From the NCBI RefSeq assembly GCF_006345805.1, contig NC_043006.1, positions 38,254,001 to 38,318,000 on the forward strand: a DNA stretch of 64,000 nt, given 5' to 3'. Under the pieces are notes generated by a model, which saw only the letters and a program-made list of their open reading frames with translations, was not told the DNA's origin and did not search any database. This document shows positions 50,941-64,000 of the stretch, in pieces (position 1 is the stretch's first letter; every line of letters begins with the position of its first letter). This DNA comes from Octopus sinensis (lineage: Eukaryota). Position numbers and translations under genes: made by a program.

Positions 50941-51462
50941 TATGTGGCTTAATTTTATTTCCAATGTCTCTTTGTAATAACTGCATGAATGTATGTACGT
51001 ATTTATCTATGTACGTACGTGCATATGCATGCAAGTATGCACGTACGTACTGATGTATATATATGCATATATGAATGGCTAGCTACATGTGTAGGCATGT
51101 GCATATTATTCCATATACTATTGCTCTAAATGTAATACACACACAGACACATACACACGCATGTGTATATAATTATTTGTTATTAATATGGCTTTACAAG
51201 GAACGACCAATAACCATTTGTTTACAAATCAATATATTACATTACCCGGCCAAAACCTACACTCACAAGAATGTATTTAAATTCACACCCACGCACACGC
51301 ACACACATGTATATATATAATGGATGTAGGTGTGTAGACTGCAATGGTGATATTACGATTAAATAACAAAGAAAGCAAGATATATTAATATTAGTTAATC
51401 GAATGGAAAATTCAAAGTATTTGCTTATTTTTCTTTTCAAAATAAAGGAAGAATATTATCGA

Positions 51463-52007
51463 CTAGGATAGGCAAAAAATACTTTGTAAGAATTCAAAAT
51501 CCGAAGCCAAACTGGAAATAGTCAGCGCCGGTTCTAAAAACAATCTTCTCTACTACAGATAACCCCATAACACGTGTGTTTGAAAAAAAAATTAACGAAA
51601 GCGCTTACACTCAATGCAAAAGTTTCCTCACAAAAATTTGTGTTATTCTGTTATTTTCTACGGTGTTTTATAAAGTTGATTTTCACTTAATCCCTTGACG
51701 CCGGTATTATCCGAAGCATGCGAGACACTGTTCCGGTTTTTTTTTTTATCTAGTGAAGCCACACAAACACACAAGTGTCAACGAGCTCGCGTCTATTGAT
51801 TGGGTTTTAGATAGAAAATTCACAAAAATGTCACTTCTATTGATTTTTTAATGGCTTTGCAGGGTGACTGGGGAAATGTAAAGATGTGCACGACCACCCT
51901 TGGATGGTTTTGAATGACCATAGAAAGAGCGAGCCCTCTAACTGAAGAATTGTGGATTTGTATAAAGAACACGCACACAGACATTTTGCCGTTTATATAT
52001 ATAGAGA
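51463..52007 (-). mobile_element. Possible non-autonomous Helitron
   Basis: Minus 5' end A|TCTCTATATATATAAACGGCAAAATGTCTGTGTG; candidate CTAG|T end at 51463 but no clear GC hairpin. Confidence 0.45.
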
Positions 52008-53095
52008 TGATATGCACGAGTTATTCTGCTCAAGTTCAAAAAATAGCTTGCGTGTGGTACAACTCAAAACACGGTATTATGCAAAGGTACTCATCACAGT
52101 CCGGACAACGATATCTGGTTTCGCGCCTAAGGTGGTGTGAGGTGCATACAACACCAGGCAACTACTGAGATTGAAGTTATTGATTTTACCCTCTCCAAAA
52201 GCAGTAACACTGTGCATCTGTTAGAGATCAATATTTAGATATTTACGAATAAATGATGGAGCCTCGATATGCAAAGAAAAAAGACATCCAAATTCTCTTC
52301 AAGCACACTATGCTGACTTAAAGAATGGACACATTGAATAATGTAGTGTATGAAAAATGGTAAATAGTTACGGCTAGAATGCCTTTGATCTTAGGTTTTC
52401 CTAATCTTGGCTAATTTGGAATTTAACAACGATAACGACAATTTCTTATACCAATTTCTTTCAAGTGCATTTAGGTTTTTATTTCATTTGTCTTTATTTC
52501 TTTGAGGGAATATGAAAAATACACAGCGAGTCAATTTATTCAGCCATTTCAATCAAACATTGCGTAAAGATAAAGCAAATAAGAAAACGAGGCAAAACCA
52601 CCGACCTGATAGAAAATGGAAACTAGAACCATGACATAGTGAACTAAATACGATAATCTATCGGCTTGACTATAATCTGTGGCATTAATACACTTAAGAA
52701 GCGGATGTATATAACATTGAAAGGACTTTACTTATATATGAAAAGGAAGTTGGTCGAGAAAATTTGTTATTTAAAGGATTTGATTAATGGAGGAAGCTTT
52801 TGACAGATGATGAAGAAAATCGTATCTTGTTTGAAAGCGTATATAAAATGGTTACGGCAAACTGGATAATTTTCTGACAAGTTACTGAGACAGAAGGGAA
52901 CCGATTAAGTCGACAGCTAAATGGAATAAAATGTTGGATTTATCAGGAACATCACAGCAATGATTGATTCCTGTCCACTGAGCAGACGACATGGAAACGA
53001 AATGGCGTTTGCAGCAGCAATTGCAACAACAGAAGCAGTTTCAGCAATTTGCAATTTCTGTGTGTGCGCACATGAGTAAGAGAGGAAGAGAGAGT

Positions 53096-53144
<49 letters not shown>

Positions 53145-53449
53145 AGAGAGAGCTGCATGTATTTTACTTGTGAAAAGGATAAATATTTGGTATTTGAAAT
53201 GATTGATAAAAACGTTATCGTTATATAGCTCCTGATCAACTAATCGTGTTTATCTATGGTTGAAACCATTCCAAACATGACCATTCTGTCTTTTTTAGGC
53301 TTTAGTAGGACAACATTACCAAACGTGTTCTTTCCTTAGGACAGTGACGTCATTTGAGCAATAAATTGCCGGCTATTTCTAACGGACAGCCATTTTGTGT
53401 GGGGAGTTGCACGGTGATTCACCGACAAAAGACTTATCTGCCGAAGTAT

Positions 53450-53780
53450 TCGGGTATTTTCTTTTACATTTTACCTGTTTCTGTCAATGGACTGCGGACA
53501 TGCTGGAGCACCATCTTGAAGGGTTTTAGTCGAGCAAATCTACCCCAGTACTTATTTTAATACAAAAGTCTCTTTCTTATTCTATCGGTCTCTTTTGCCG
53601 AACGGGTAACTTCCGAGATCGCAAACTGATCCAAATCGGTTGTCAAGGCTTCTTTCAGTTTCCGTCTACCAATTCACTCTCAAGTAGAAGACACTTGCAC
53701 AAAGTACGGTGCAGTGGGATTGAACCCGAAACCCCGTGGTTGCAAAACCAGGTTCTTAACTACACAGCCATGCCTGCACC
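53450..53780 (-). mobile_element. SINE family B with internal deletion
   Basis: GACTGCGGACATGCTGGAGCACC tail; AGTAGAAGACACTTGCACAAAG..GGGATTGAACCCG head. Confidence 0.75.
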
Positions 53781-54713
53781 TATAAAAAAGTCGGAGGATA
53801 TTTGTCTGATTCGAACCCACATCTTCTGTAAACACGTCAGATGTTCTACCGTTATACCAACGTATTCCTTATACCATGAAGATAAAATACAGACTCGATA
53901 TTGACAATATCTGGAGAGCTAAAAGACCTCATCTTCGACGAAACAAACCCTATAGGGATCAACAAGAGGAAAACCAACCACATGTAAAATAAACGTTACA
54001 CGAATATGTAAGCAGAAATAAGTAAAAGATTTCGCCGAACACAAGAAAAAGAAAAAAGATGTTTAAAGAACACTCGAATATTGTTAAGTGAACATGAGAG
54101 CATTGAGAGAAAAACAAAGAAGGATTTAACGAATTGTAAACAGCTATCACGAGCCAGATTAAAACCGAACATGACCACACACTTTATATAATATAGAAAA
54201 ACCAATAGCGCCTCTATAAACATTCACTAATAACATTGAAAACTTAGCCGCACAATACCGAGAGACATCGTTGAATGTAAGAAAAAGAACATTAATGACA
54301 CAAACGAACGATGCACTAAGAGGAAAAACAAAGCAACGAAAATGAATTAAACAAGTATTACGAATATAAACCACCTAATTCTGGCAGCAACCCAAAGATA
54401 CTGGCATTGAACTCAGTGAAAACAAAGCAAGAAAATGAGCTATTTAGAGAATATGGGAAGAGAAACACTAGGAAAGAAAAAAGAAAAAAAGCAATATATG
54501 TAGCAAACAATATATGAAACTCACAATAAGAAGATGCAAATATCAAGCGAGGAAAGAAACTAACACTATGAGAGAAAGGAAGACATTTTCATGATACGAA
54601 GGAAGAGTGTATAAACTTAAGAACAATAATTGAAAATCTCATCCAGGAAGTAAAAGCAAAAAAAAAAAAAATGAAACCTAAAGACTGAAGAGATTTGAGA
54701 AAAGTAGAAATAC

Positions 54714-54736
54714 ATATATATATATGTATATGTGTG

Positions 54737-54781
<45 letters not shown>

Positions 54782-55558
54782 CATATATTTATGTCTTTCT
54801 ATCTATATCTATCTCTCTCTTTCTCTCTCTCTCTGTTTATATATATATATATCTATATATATATATAATATTTATGAGTATATATATATATATTATGATT
54901 ATATATATATATATATATAATATATACAAGGAAATAAAAAGTTTCAAGAAGCTAAATAAATACTTTTACAGGGACGAAATCATGACAGCAGAAAATTCCC
55001 TCAACAAAACAGAATTCTGGAAAAGATTTTTAAAAAAACAACAAAAAAAATACCAAACAGAAACTAAGAAACGTTAAAAAAAACACAAAAGAGAAAACAG
55101 AACAAGAAAAAAATTATCTCAGACCAAATAACCTAATTTAGGAAAGTAAAATCATAATATTTTATATTCTAGTAGAAAGTCAAGTAAAAGTTACGGGAAG
55201 AAATTAAGAAGGAGACTGAAATCAACCGGATAAAGAAACTCCGAAGCCACCTTGAATAGATAAAATCAAGAACATTTGTGATGCACAGATAATAAATACA
55301 TACGAATGGTTCAAATACACACGAAATACATGAAAGCACATACAAACCATTATACATATATGTGATACATAAAGCATGTAGGAATAAGAGAAAGTAAACA
55401 GAGAGAGAAGGCAAACGAAAACTTGTAGATTTCGGCGGTCCATATATATATATGTATATGTGTGTGTGTACATAATATATATATATTATATATATATATA
55501 TATATACATATATTTATGTCTTTCATATCTATCTATCTATCTTCTCGTTCTCTCTCTC

Positions 55559-55599
<41 letters not shown>

Positions 55600-56168
55600 G
55601 ATGGTATATATATATTATATTATGATTATATATATATATATATATATATATATACAAGGGAATAAAAAGTTTCAAGAAGCTAAATAAATACTTTACAGGG
55701 ACGAAATCATGACAGCAGAAAATTCCCTCAACAAAACAGAATTTCTGGAAAAGATTTTTAAAAAAACAACAAAAAAAATACCAAACAGAAACTAAGAAAC
55801 GTTAAAAAAAACACAAAAGAGAAAACAGAACAAGAAAAAAATTATCTCAGACCAAATAACCTAATTTAGGAAAGTAAAATCATAATATTTTATATTCTAG
55901 TAGAAAGTCAAGTAAAAGTTACGGGAAGAAATTAAGAAGGAGACTGAAATCAACCGGATAAAGAAACTCCGAAGCCACCTTGAATAGATAAAATCAAGAA
56001 CATTTGTGATGCACAGATAAATACACATACGAATGGTTCAAATACACGAAAATACATGAAAGCACATACAAACTCATATACATATTATGTGATACATAAA
56101 GCATGTAGGAATAAGAGAAAGTAAACAGAGAGAGAAGGCAAACGAAAACTTGTAGATTTCGGCGGTCC
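54714..56168. repeat. Tandem duplication, ~727-bp unit x2
   Basis: TACAAGG anchor at 54925 and 55653; GGCGGTCC ends at 55441 and 56168; copies differ mainly by 1-bp indels. Confidence 0.9.
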
Positions 56169-56225
56169 ATATATATATATGTATGCGTGTGTTTATGTGT
56201 CTGTATGTGCGTGCGTATATATATA

Positions 56226-56420
56226 TATATATGGACCAATGTAATCTACAAGTTTTTTTTTCATTCTCTCTGTTTATTTCCTCTTATTCTTTTCTGTTGA
56301 AGAGCTTAGGCTCGAAACGTAAAACACTTTTTCATATTTCCGAGCGTCAAACTAATACACTTGCTTTGTTTTTGTTTGTTCCACCTGTCTTCGTCCTTTT
56401 TTTCTATAATTTCAACTATA
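56226..56420 (+). mobile_element. Short (TA)n-flanked element with variant hammerhead (CUGUUGA core)
   Basis: ttt-CTGTTGA-a gag cttagg ctc-GAAA-CG-TA-aaa at 56291-56324. Confidence 0.55.
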
Positions 56421-56423
56421 TAT

Positions 56424-56496
<73 letters not shown>

Positions 56497-56511
56497 ATAT
56501 ATACATACATA

Positions 56512-56553
<42 letters not shown>

Positions 56554-56666
56554 ATATAATATATACATATATAAAAATATTATTCGAGACAAAACCACTA
56601 TTTTGCAAAACAAACAAGGAAAGACTTAATCAATACATAAAATTTAATAAATAGTCAAAAAAACCG

Positions 56667-56709
56667 CCACTACAATCGTTTCTTGTCTTGATCGACAATC
56701 TTCAGGTGG
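56667..56709 (-). ncRNA. Minimal type I hammerhead (mirror of 62664-62706)
   Basis: Exact reverse complement of 62664-62706. Confidence 0.85.
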
Positions 56710-57189
56710 ACTTCCAATCTAAAAAATCAATATTTTAAAATATAAAAATAATAATTTTAAAATAATTAAAGTATGAATGAAAAAATATAAGTATATAATC
56801 CATATATAACCTATCTATATCCATATATAAACAATATATAAACAATATATAAACTAAAAAAACCTATCAACAATTAAATATAAAATATAAAATATAAAAT
56901 ATAAAATATAAAATATAAAATATAAAACAAAACAAAAAAAATAATAATAATATAATAATAAACTATATATACACCCATACGCATATACCTAATTATATAT
57001 AACCATATCTAACTACATACACTAAATCACACACCTATATATATATCCCTATACATACACATAAAAATGTCTAGGCAACTATAAATAAATAAAATAGCTA
57101 AATACTTCAACACAATACTTATTCATACTCCCACACACACACACATACAACCCACATTCACGCTCTAGAAAACGGACATCACTCAAAAC

Positions 57190-60100
57190 TATGAACGGAG
57201 AAATGGAATAAATGGAATTAAAAATTATATTCACTTGGTAAAACGAACACTACTTAAAAATTATGAATGAAACAATGCAATTAAACAACAGACATCGCAA
57301 ATAGACACAAATTACTACAAATTCCTTATCAAACCTACCATGATAACCAAAACTCATAAAAACATATAATGATAAAATCTCCCTTTACTAAACTCTATAA
57401 CAAACCTATATAGCAATCCCCCTAACCTAAACATTCACACACAAATACACACACGTAAACCACACACCCACGACATATACAAATACCCACACCACTTACA
57501 CATACCAATACATACATATAAACCTCAACATATACTCCAAAAACCCACTCAACCCCACACAGACAAATAAACACAAAAATATGAATGGATTCATTTATAA
57601 AACTACCATGATAATCTAAAACTCACAAAACAGAAATGATTAAAACCTCCCTTTACTAAACACTAAAACATACTTATATAGCAATTCCTTTACCTATACA
57701 TTCACACACAAAACACTCGTAAACCACACACCCATAACAAATACAAACTCCCACCCCACTCACACACACCACAAGTACATATAAGCCTCAACATATACAC
57801 CAAACAAAATTACTTTACCAAGGAACTTAACATATATATAAAAAGTATAACCGCTCTGGAAACGAACATCTCTAAATTAATGAATGGAGAAATGGAATAA
57901 ATGGAATTAAAAATAAAATTCACGTGGCAAAACGAACACCACTCAAAAATTATGAATGAAACAATATAATAAAACAAACAACATCGAAAATAGACAAATT
58001 ACTACGAATTCCCTAAAAAAAAACCATGATAAACCAAAACTCTTAAAAAACATAAACGATAAAATCTCCCTTTGCTAAACTCTATAACAAACCTATATAG
58101 TAATCCCCCTAACCTAAACATTCACACACAAACACACACGTAAACCACAGACCCACGACTTATACACATACCTAAACTAACTTATAAACCTCCATATACA
58201 CCAAAACCCACTCCCTCCCACACAGACAAATTAACTCATACATCCCAAAACCTAAATAACAAACCCATATACACATTCACACACAAACACACACACACGC
58301 AAAACACACACACACAACATATACATATACTCCCTCACATATACGCATATACATACTCACTAAACTCAATATATACAACAATATTTACACACCCACACTC
58401 ATACAGATAAATAAATTATACAACTAAAAACTCGCACACAATCTCATATACATAAACACTCCTATGAAAACAACATTAAAATACCGTAATTAACCAGAAT
58501 ATCAAAAATAACAATATGACATAAAGGTAAATAAAATACATACTTACAATTCAGTGTCAAATTATGAAGTGAAATTAAATTCTTAGCCGTTAAAAAATCA
58601 AACCAAAATTACGTAACCATAGAAATAACTTATGTAAAAAAAGACTAACAAACAACTTACAGTAACCCAAACCCATTCTCTATGCCTACCTCACTACTAC
58701 ACTATTCCATTCACAATTCCAAACAACGCTAGTCCACCTCCCGGTTATTCACGTGGCAAAACGAACACCACTCAAAAATTATGAATGAAACAATGTAATA
58801 AAACAACCAACATCGAAAATAGACAAATTACCACGAATTCCCTAAAAAAACCATGATAAACCAAAACTCCTAAAAACATATAACGATAAAATCTCCTTTG
58901 CTAAACTCTATAACAAACCTATATAGCAATCTCCCTAACCTAAACATTCACACACAAATACACACTCGTAAACCACAGACCCACGACTTATACACATACC
59001 TATACTAACTTATAAACCTCAATATACACCAAAACCCACTCCCTCCCACACAGACAAATTAACACATACATCCCAAAACCTAAATAACAAACCATATACA
59101 CAATCACACAAACACACACACACGCAAAACACACTCACACAACAGATACATATACTCCCTCACATACGCATATACATACTCACTAAACTCGATATATACA
59201 ACAATATTACACACCCACACTCATACAGATAAATAAATTATACAACTAAAAACTCGCACACAATCTCATATACATAAACACACCTATGAAAACAACATTA
59301 AATACATCGTAATAACCAGAAGAATATCAAAAATAACAATATGACATAAGGATAAATAAAATACATACTTACAATTCAGTGTCAAATTATGAAGTGAAAT
59401 TAAATTCTTAGCCGTTAAAAAAATCAAAGCAAAATTACGTTACCATAGAAATAACTTATGTAAAAAAAGAATACGCGCCATGGAAAGTAAACGTCATTTA
59501 AATTATGAATGGAGAAATAGGAAAATGGAACTAAAAACTATATCCACGTGGCAAACCAACACTACTTAAAAAAATTTATTATGAATGGATTCTTTAAAAA
59601 ACTACCATGAAAAATCATTATATACATCTATGAACTTTAGCTCATCTTAGCATCTCTAACAAACAACTTGCAGTAACCAAACCCATTCTCTATGCCTACC
59701 TCACTACTACACTATTCCATTCACAATTCCAAGCAACGCTAGTCCACCACCCGGTATTCACGTGGCAAAACGAACACCACTCAAAAATTATGAATGAAAC
59801 AATGTAATAAACACAACCAACATCGAAAATAGACAAATTACCACGAATTCCCTAAAATAACCATGATAAACCAAAACTCATAAAAACATATAACGATAAA
59901 ATCTCCCTTGCTAAACTCTATAACAACCTATATAGTAACCCCTAAACATTCACACACAAATACACACTCGTAAACCACAGACCACGACTATACACTACCT
60001 ATCCTAATTTATAACCTCAATATACACCAAAACCCACTCCCTCCCCACACAGACAAATTAACACAAACATCCCAAAACCTAAATAACAAACCCATATACA

Positions 60101-60300
60101 CATCACACCAAACACACACACACAAAAACACACACACACACAAACAGATACATATACTCCTCACATATACTCATATATATACTCACTAAACTCGATATAT
60201 AAAACAATATTTTACACACCCACATCATACATATAAATAAAATATACAACTAAAAACTCACACACAATCTCATATACATAAACACTCCTATGAAAACATA
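57190..60300. repeat. Hierarchical C/A-rich tandem array (units ~690, 829 and 1009 bp)
   Basis: TTCAC(G/T)TGG(C/T)AAAACGAACAC anchor at about 57230, 57919, 58748 and 59757. Confidence 0.85.
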
Positions 60301-62663
60301 GGATGTATGTGATGTATGTGTTAATTTGTCTGTGTGGGAGGGAGTGGGTTTTGGTGTATATTGAGGTTTATAAGTTTGTATAGGTATGTGTATAAGTCGT
60401 GGGTCTGTGGTTTACGAGTGTGTTGTGTGTGAATGTTTAGGTTAGGGAGATTGCTATATAGGTTTGTTATAGAGTTAGCAAAGGGAGATTTATCGTTATA
60501 TGTTTTTATGAGTTTTGGTTTATCATGGTTATTTAGGGAATTCGTGGTAATTTGTCTATTTTCGATGTTGGTTGTTTTATTACATTGTTTCATTCATAAT
60601 TTTTGAGTGGTGTTCGTTTTGCCACGTGAATAACCGGGAGGTGGACTAGCGTTGTTTGGAATTGTGAATGGAATAGTGTAGTAGTGAGGTAGGCATAGAG
60701 AATGGGTTTGGGTTACTGTAAGTGTGTTTGTTAGTCTTTTTTTACATAAGTTATTTCTATGGTTACGTAATTTGGTTTGATTTTTTAACGGCTAAGAATT
60801 TAATTTCACTTCATAATTTGACACTGAATTGTAAGTATGTATTTTATTTACCTTTATGTCATATTGTTATTTTTGATATTCTGGTTAATTACGATGTATT
60901 TAATGTTGTTATCATAGGAGTGTTTATGTATATGAGATTGTGTGCGAGTTTTTAGTTGTATAATTTATTTATCTGTATGAGTGTGGGTGTGTAAATAGTG
61001 TGATATATTGAGTTTAGTGAGTATGTATATGCGTATATGTGAGGGAGTATATGTATATGTTGTGTTGTGTGTGTTTTGCGTGTGTGTGGTTTGTGTGTGA
61101 ATGTGTATATGGGTTTGTTATTTAGGTTTTGGGATGTATGAGTTAATTTGTCTGTGTGGGAGGGAGTGGGTTTTGGTGATATGGAGGTTTATAAGTAGTT
61201 TAGGTATGTATAAGTCGTGGGTCTGTGGTTTACGTGTGTGTTTGGTGTGAATGTTTAGGTTAGGGGGATTACTATATAGGTTTGTTATAGAGTTTAGCAA
61301 AGGGAGATTTTATCGTTATATGTTTTTAAGAGTTTTGGTTTTTTATCATGGTTTTTTTTAGGGAATTCGTAGTAATTTGTCTATTTTCGATGTTGGTTGT
61401 TTTATTATATTGTTTCATTCATAATTTTTGAGTGGTGTTCGTTTTGCCACGTGAATTTTATTTTTAATTCCATTTATTCCATTTCTCCATTCATTAATTT
61501 AGAGATGTTCGTTTCCAGAGCGGTTATACTTTTATATATATGTGTAAGTTCCTTGGTAAAGTAATTTTGTTTGGTGTATATGTTGAGGCTTATATGTACT
61601 TGTGGGTGTGTGTGAGTGGGGTGGGAGTTTGTATTTGTTATGGGTGTGTGGTTTACGAGTGGTTTGGTGTGTGAATGTATAGGTTAAAGGAATTGCTATA
61701 TAAGTATGTTTTAGTGTTTAGTAAAGGGAGGTTTTATCATTTCTGTTTTGTGAGTTTTAGATTATCATGGTAGTTTTATAAATGAATCCATTCATAATTT
61801 TTGTGTTTATTTGTCTGTGTGGGTTGAGTGGGTTTTTGGAGTATATGTTGAGGTTTATATGTATGTATTGGTATGTGTAAGTGGTGTGGGTATTTGTATA
61901 TGTCGTGGGTGTGTGGTTTACGTGTGTGTATTTGTGTGTGAATGTTTAGGTTAGGGGGATTGCTATATAGGTTTGTTATAGAGTTTAGTAAAGGGAGATT
62001 TTATCATTATATGTTTTTATGAGTTTTGGTTATCATGGTAGGTTTGATAAGGAATTGTAGTAATTTGTGTCTATTTGCGATGTCTGTTGTTTTATTGCAT
62101 TGTTTCATTCATAATTTTTAAGTAGTGTTCGTTTACCAAGTGTATATAATTTTAATTCCATTTATTCCTTCTCCGTTCATAGTTTTGAGTGATGTCCGTT
62201 TTCTAGAGCGTGAATGTGGGTGTATGTGTGTGTGTGTGTGGGAGTATGAATAAGTATTGTGTTGAAGTATTTAGCTATTTTATTTATTTATAGTTGCCTA
62301 GACATTTTTATGTGTATGTATAGGGATATATATATAGGTGTGTGATTTAGTGTATGTAGTTAGATATGGTTATATATAATTAGGTATATGCGTATGGGTG
62401 TATATATAGTTTTATTATTATATTATTTTATTTTTTGTTTTGTTTTATATTTTATATTTTTATTTTATTTTTATATTTTTTATATTTATATTTTATATTA
62501 ATTGTTGATAGGTTTTTTTAGTTTATATATTGTTTATATATTGTTTATATATGGATTATAGATAGGTTATATATGGATTATACTTATATTTTTTCATTCA
62601 TACTTTAATTATTTTAAAATTATTATTTTTATATTTTAAAATATTGATTTTTAGATTGGAAGT

Positions 62664-62706
62664 CCACCTGAAGATTGTCGATCAAGACAAGAAACGATTG
62701 TAGTGG
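62664..62706 (+). ncRNA. Minimal type I hammerhead ribozyme in the PLE pseudo-LTR
   Basis: ccac-CTGAAGA-ttgtc gatcaa gacaa-GAAA-c gatt g-TA-gtgg; all stems pair perfectly; predicted cleavage after A62702. Confidence 0.9.
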
Positions 62707-62939
62707 CGGTTTTTTTGACTATTTATTAAAATTTTATGTATTGATTAAGTCTTTCCTTGTTTGTTTTGCAAAATAGTGGTTTTGTCTCGAATAATATTTT
62801 ATAATATTTTACAATAAAGTCGATTTAATCATAAATCTGATTTTTTTCCCTGTAAATTTGGATTTATTCCCTAATATTTATTATTTATATAATATTGATA
62901 ATTTTGTATATTGAGTGTAATACCTCAATTTCGTAAATT

Positions 62940-64000
62940 ATGGATTTTACAGGTAAGATAGAACCGCTGTTTTGGGATTCATCTTTGAAAGATATTCCTA
63001 TTCCTTCTAGAAAGGAATTTATTTTGAAACTTGTTAATAATGTTAAAGATTTTATTTCTAGAATTAAATGGAAAGCTTTTTTACTATAATTTTTATTTAT
63101 TTAATGATATTGATAGTAGGAATGATAATTTTACCTCTAAATTTAAATCTAGAAAGGAACCTCCATTTAATAAAGAATTACAATTACTTGAAGATAGTAT
63201 ATGGAAGGTGGTTAAAAAATATTGAATTCCATAAATACCCAAATAGAAATAATGAATATTAAGGAATTTAGCAATTAAAATTAAAGATATGAGAAATATG
63301 GATGGTATTATAGTACAATCTGATAAAACAAGGAACTTATATAAATTAGATGTTAAATTATATGATAAACTATTAGGGAAAGAAATAATTAAAAATATAA
63401 AATTGTTCCAGATGATATTCTTTATAATATTAATAAGGCCTCTAAAGTAGTAATGTTAAAATATGAGTTGGATAATAAAACTGAACCTTATGTACCTTTG
63501 CACCCCAGAATTACTCTTAAAGACCATAAAGATAATTTTTATTCAGACCCTAAAGTTAGATTAATTTGCCCATGTAAATCGGATCTAGGTAAATTAAGTA
63601 AATTTATTTTAGATAAATATATTGATAAGTTAAATAAACTTAATTATTTAAATTATGGTTTAGTAATAATAATACATTGAAATGGTTTAATAATATAAAG
63701 ATAAAAATCGTTATAAATTTATTCAAATAGATATTGATAATTATTATTCTTCTATTAATGAAATTGTGTTTAATAAAGCGCTTATTTTCGCAATGAATAA
63801 AGCGGGTATGGCACGTGGAAGAAGAAGTTAATGTAATTAAAATGGCTAGGAAATCGCTAATTAAATATAAAAATAAATTATGGGCTAGGAATGATACTAG
63901 AGATTGTTTTGATATACCTATGGGAGCACCAGATTCTGCACAGGCTACTGATTTAGTAGGTATTTTTCTTTTATCTGAACTCCAATTAGAAAATCTTAAG
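62940..64000 (+). CDS. Penelope-like element reverse transcriptase, N-terminal part (runs off window; homopolymer frameshifts)
   Basis: MDFTG..SLKDIPIPSRKEF..FISRIKWKAF; QSDKTRNLY; ITLKDHKDNF..PKVRLICPCKSDLGKLSK; FIQIDIDNYYSSI (motif A); FDIPMGAPDSAQATDLVG (motif B'). Confidence 0.85.

Larger units (their letters stand above)
56572..62802. repeat. Large inverted repeat: ~2.5-kb arms (56572-~59075 and 60301-62802) with a ~1.2-kb spacer of further tandem units
   Basis: TATTATTCGAGACAAAACC at 56578 mirrors GGTTTTGTCTCGAATAATA ending at 62796. Strand composition flips from C/A-rich to G/T-rich at 60300/60301. Confidence 0.92.

Noticed and set aside
60321-61300. Asn/Thr-rich ORFs on the C/A-rich strand as a degraded PLE linker
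   Set aside because: The resemblance (..LI.TYN..NLP.L) is faint, and G-poor sequence produces such stop-free peptides by composition alone.
60301-62250. Telomeric array
   Set aside because: TTAGGG occurs only about once per unit, not as a tandem (TTAGGG)n tract.
62948-62960. Strong donor CAG|GTAAGA just after the PLE start codon as an intron
   Set aside because: The reading frame continues through it into conserved PLE residues (SLKDIPIPS), so no intron is required; it cannot be excluded without RNA data.

Overview
Repeat-saturated, AT-rich animal genomic DNA with no confidently identifiable host protein-coding gene. The SINE families and the dense (TA)n/(CA)n/(TAGA)n microsatellites resemble an octopod cephalopod genome (inference). 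Almost all ORFs in the supplied track are microsatellite artefacts. Recognisable coding relics are all transposon-derived: four mariner remnants, a pogo-type and a hAT remnant, a near-complete CR1-clade LINE (44.4-48.3 kb), a decayed Penelope-like element (PLE) with an inverted 3' part (18.4-20.5 kb), and a young-looking PLE RT ORF running off the right end (62.9-64 kb). That ORF is preceded by a 6.2-kb inverted-repeat structure with a hammerhead ribozyme (HHR) in each arm. The most striking theme is about a dozen type I hammerhead-like motifs from several unrelated repeat families. They include an apparently intact HHR with an extended, G.U-compensated stem II (48.6 kb) and a tRNA-headed SINE-like element carrying an HHR, inserted into another HHR (30.1-30.5 kb). 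There is also direct evidence of a self-targeting SINE and of a SINE/LINE shared 3' structure. Frequent 1-bp indels in homopolymers suggest an imperfectly polished assembly, so some frameshifts may be artefacts. All alignments and folds were done by eye; repeat boundaries are approximate.
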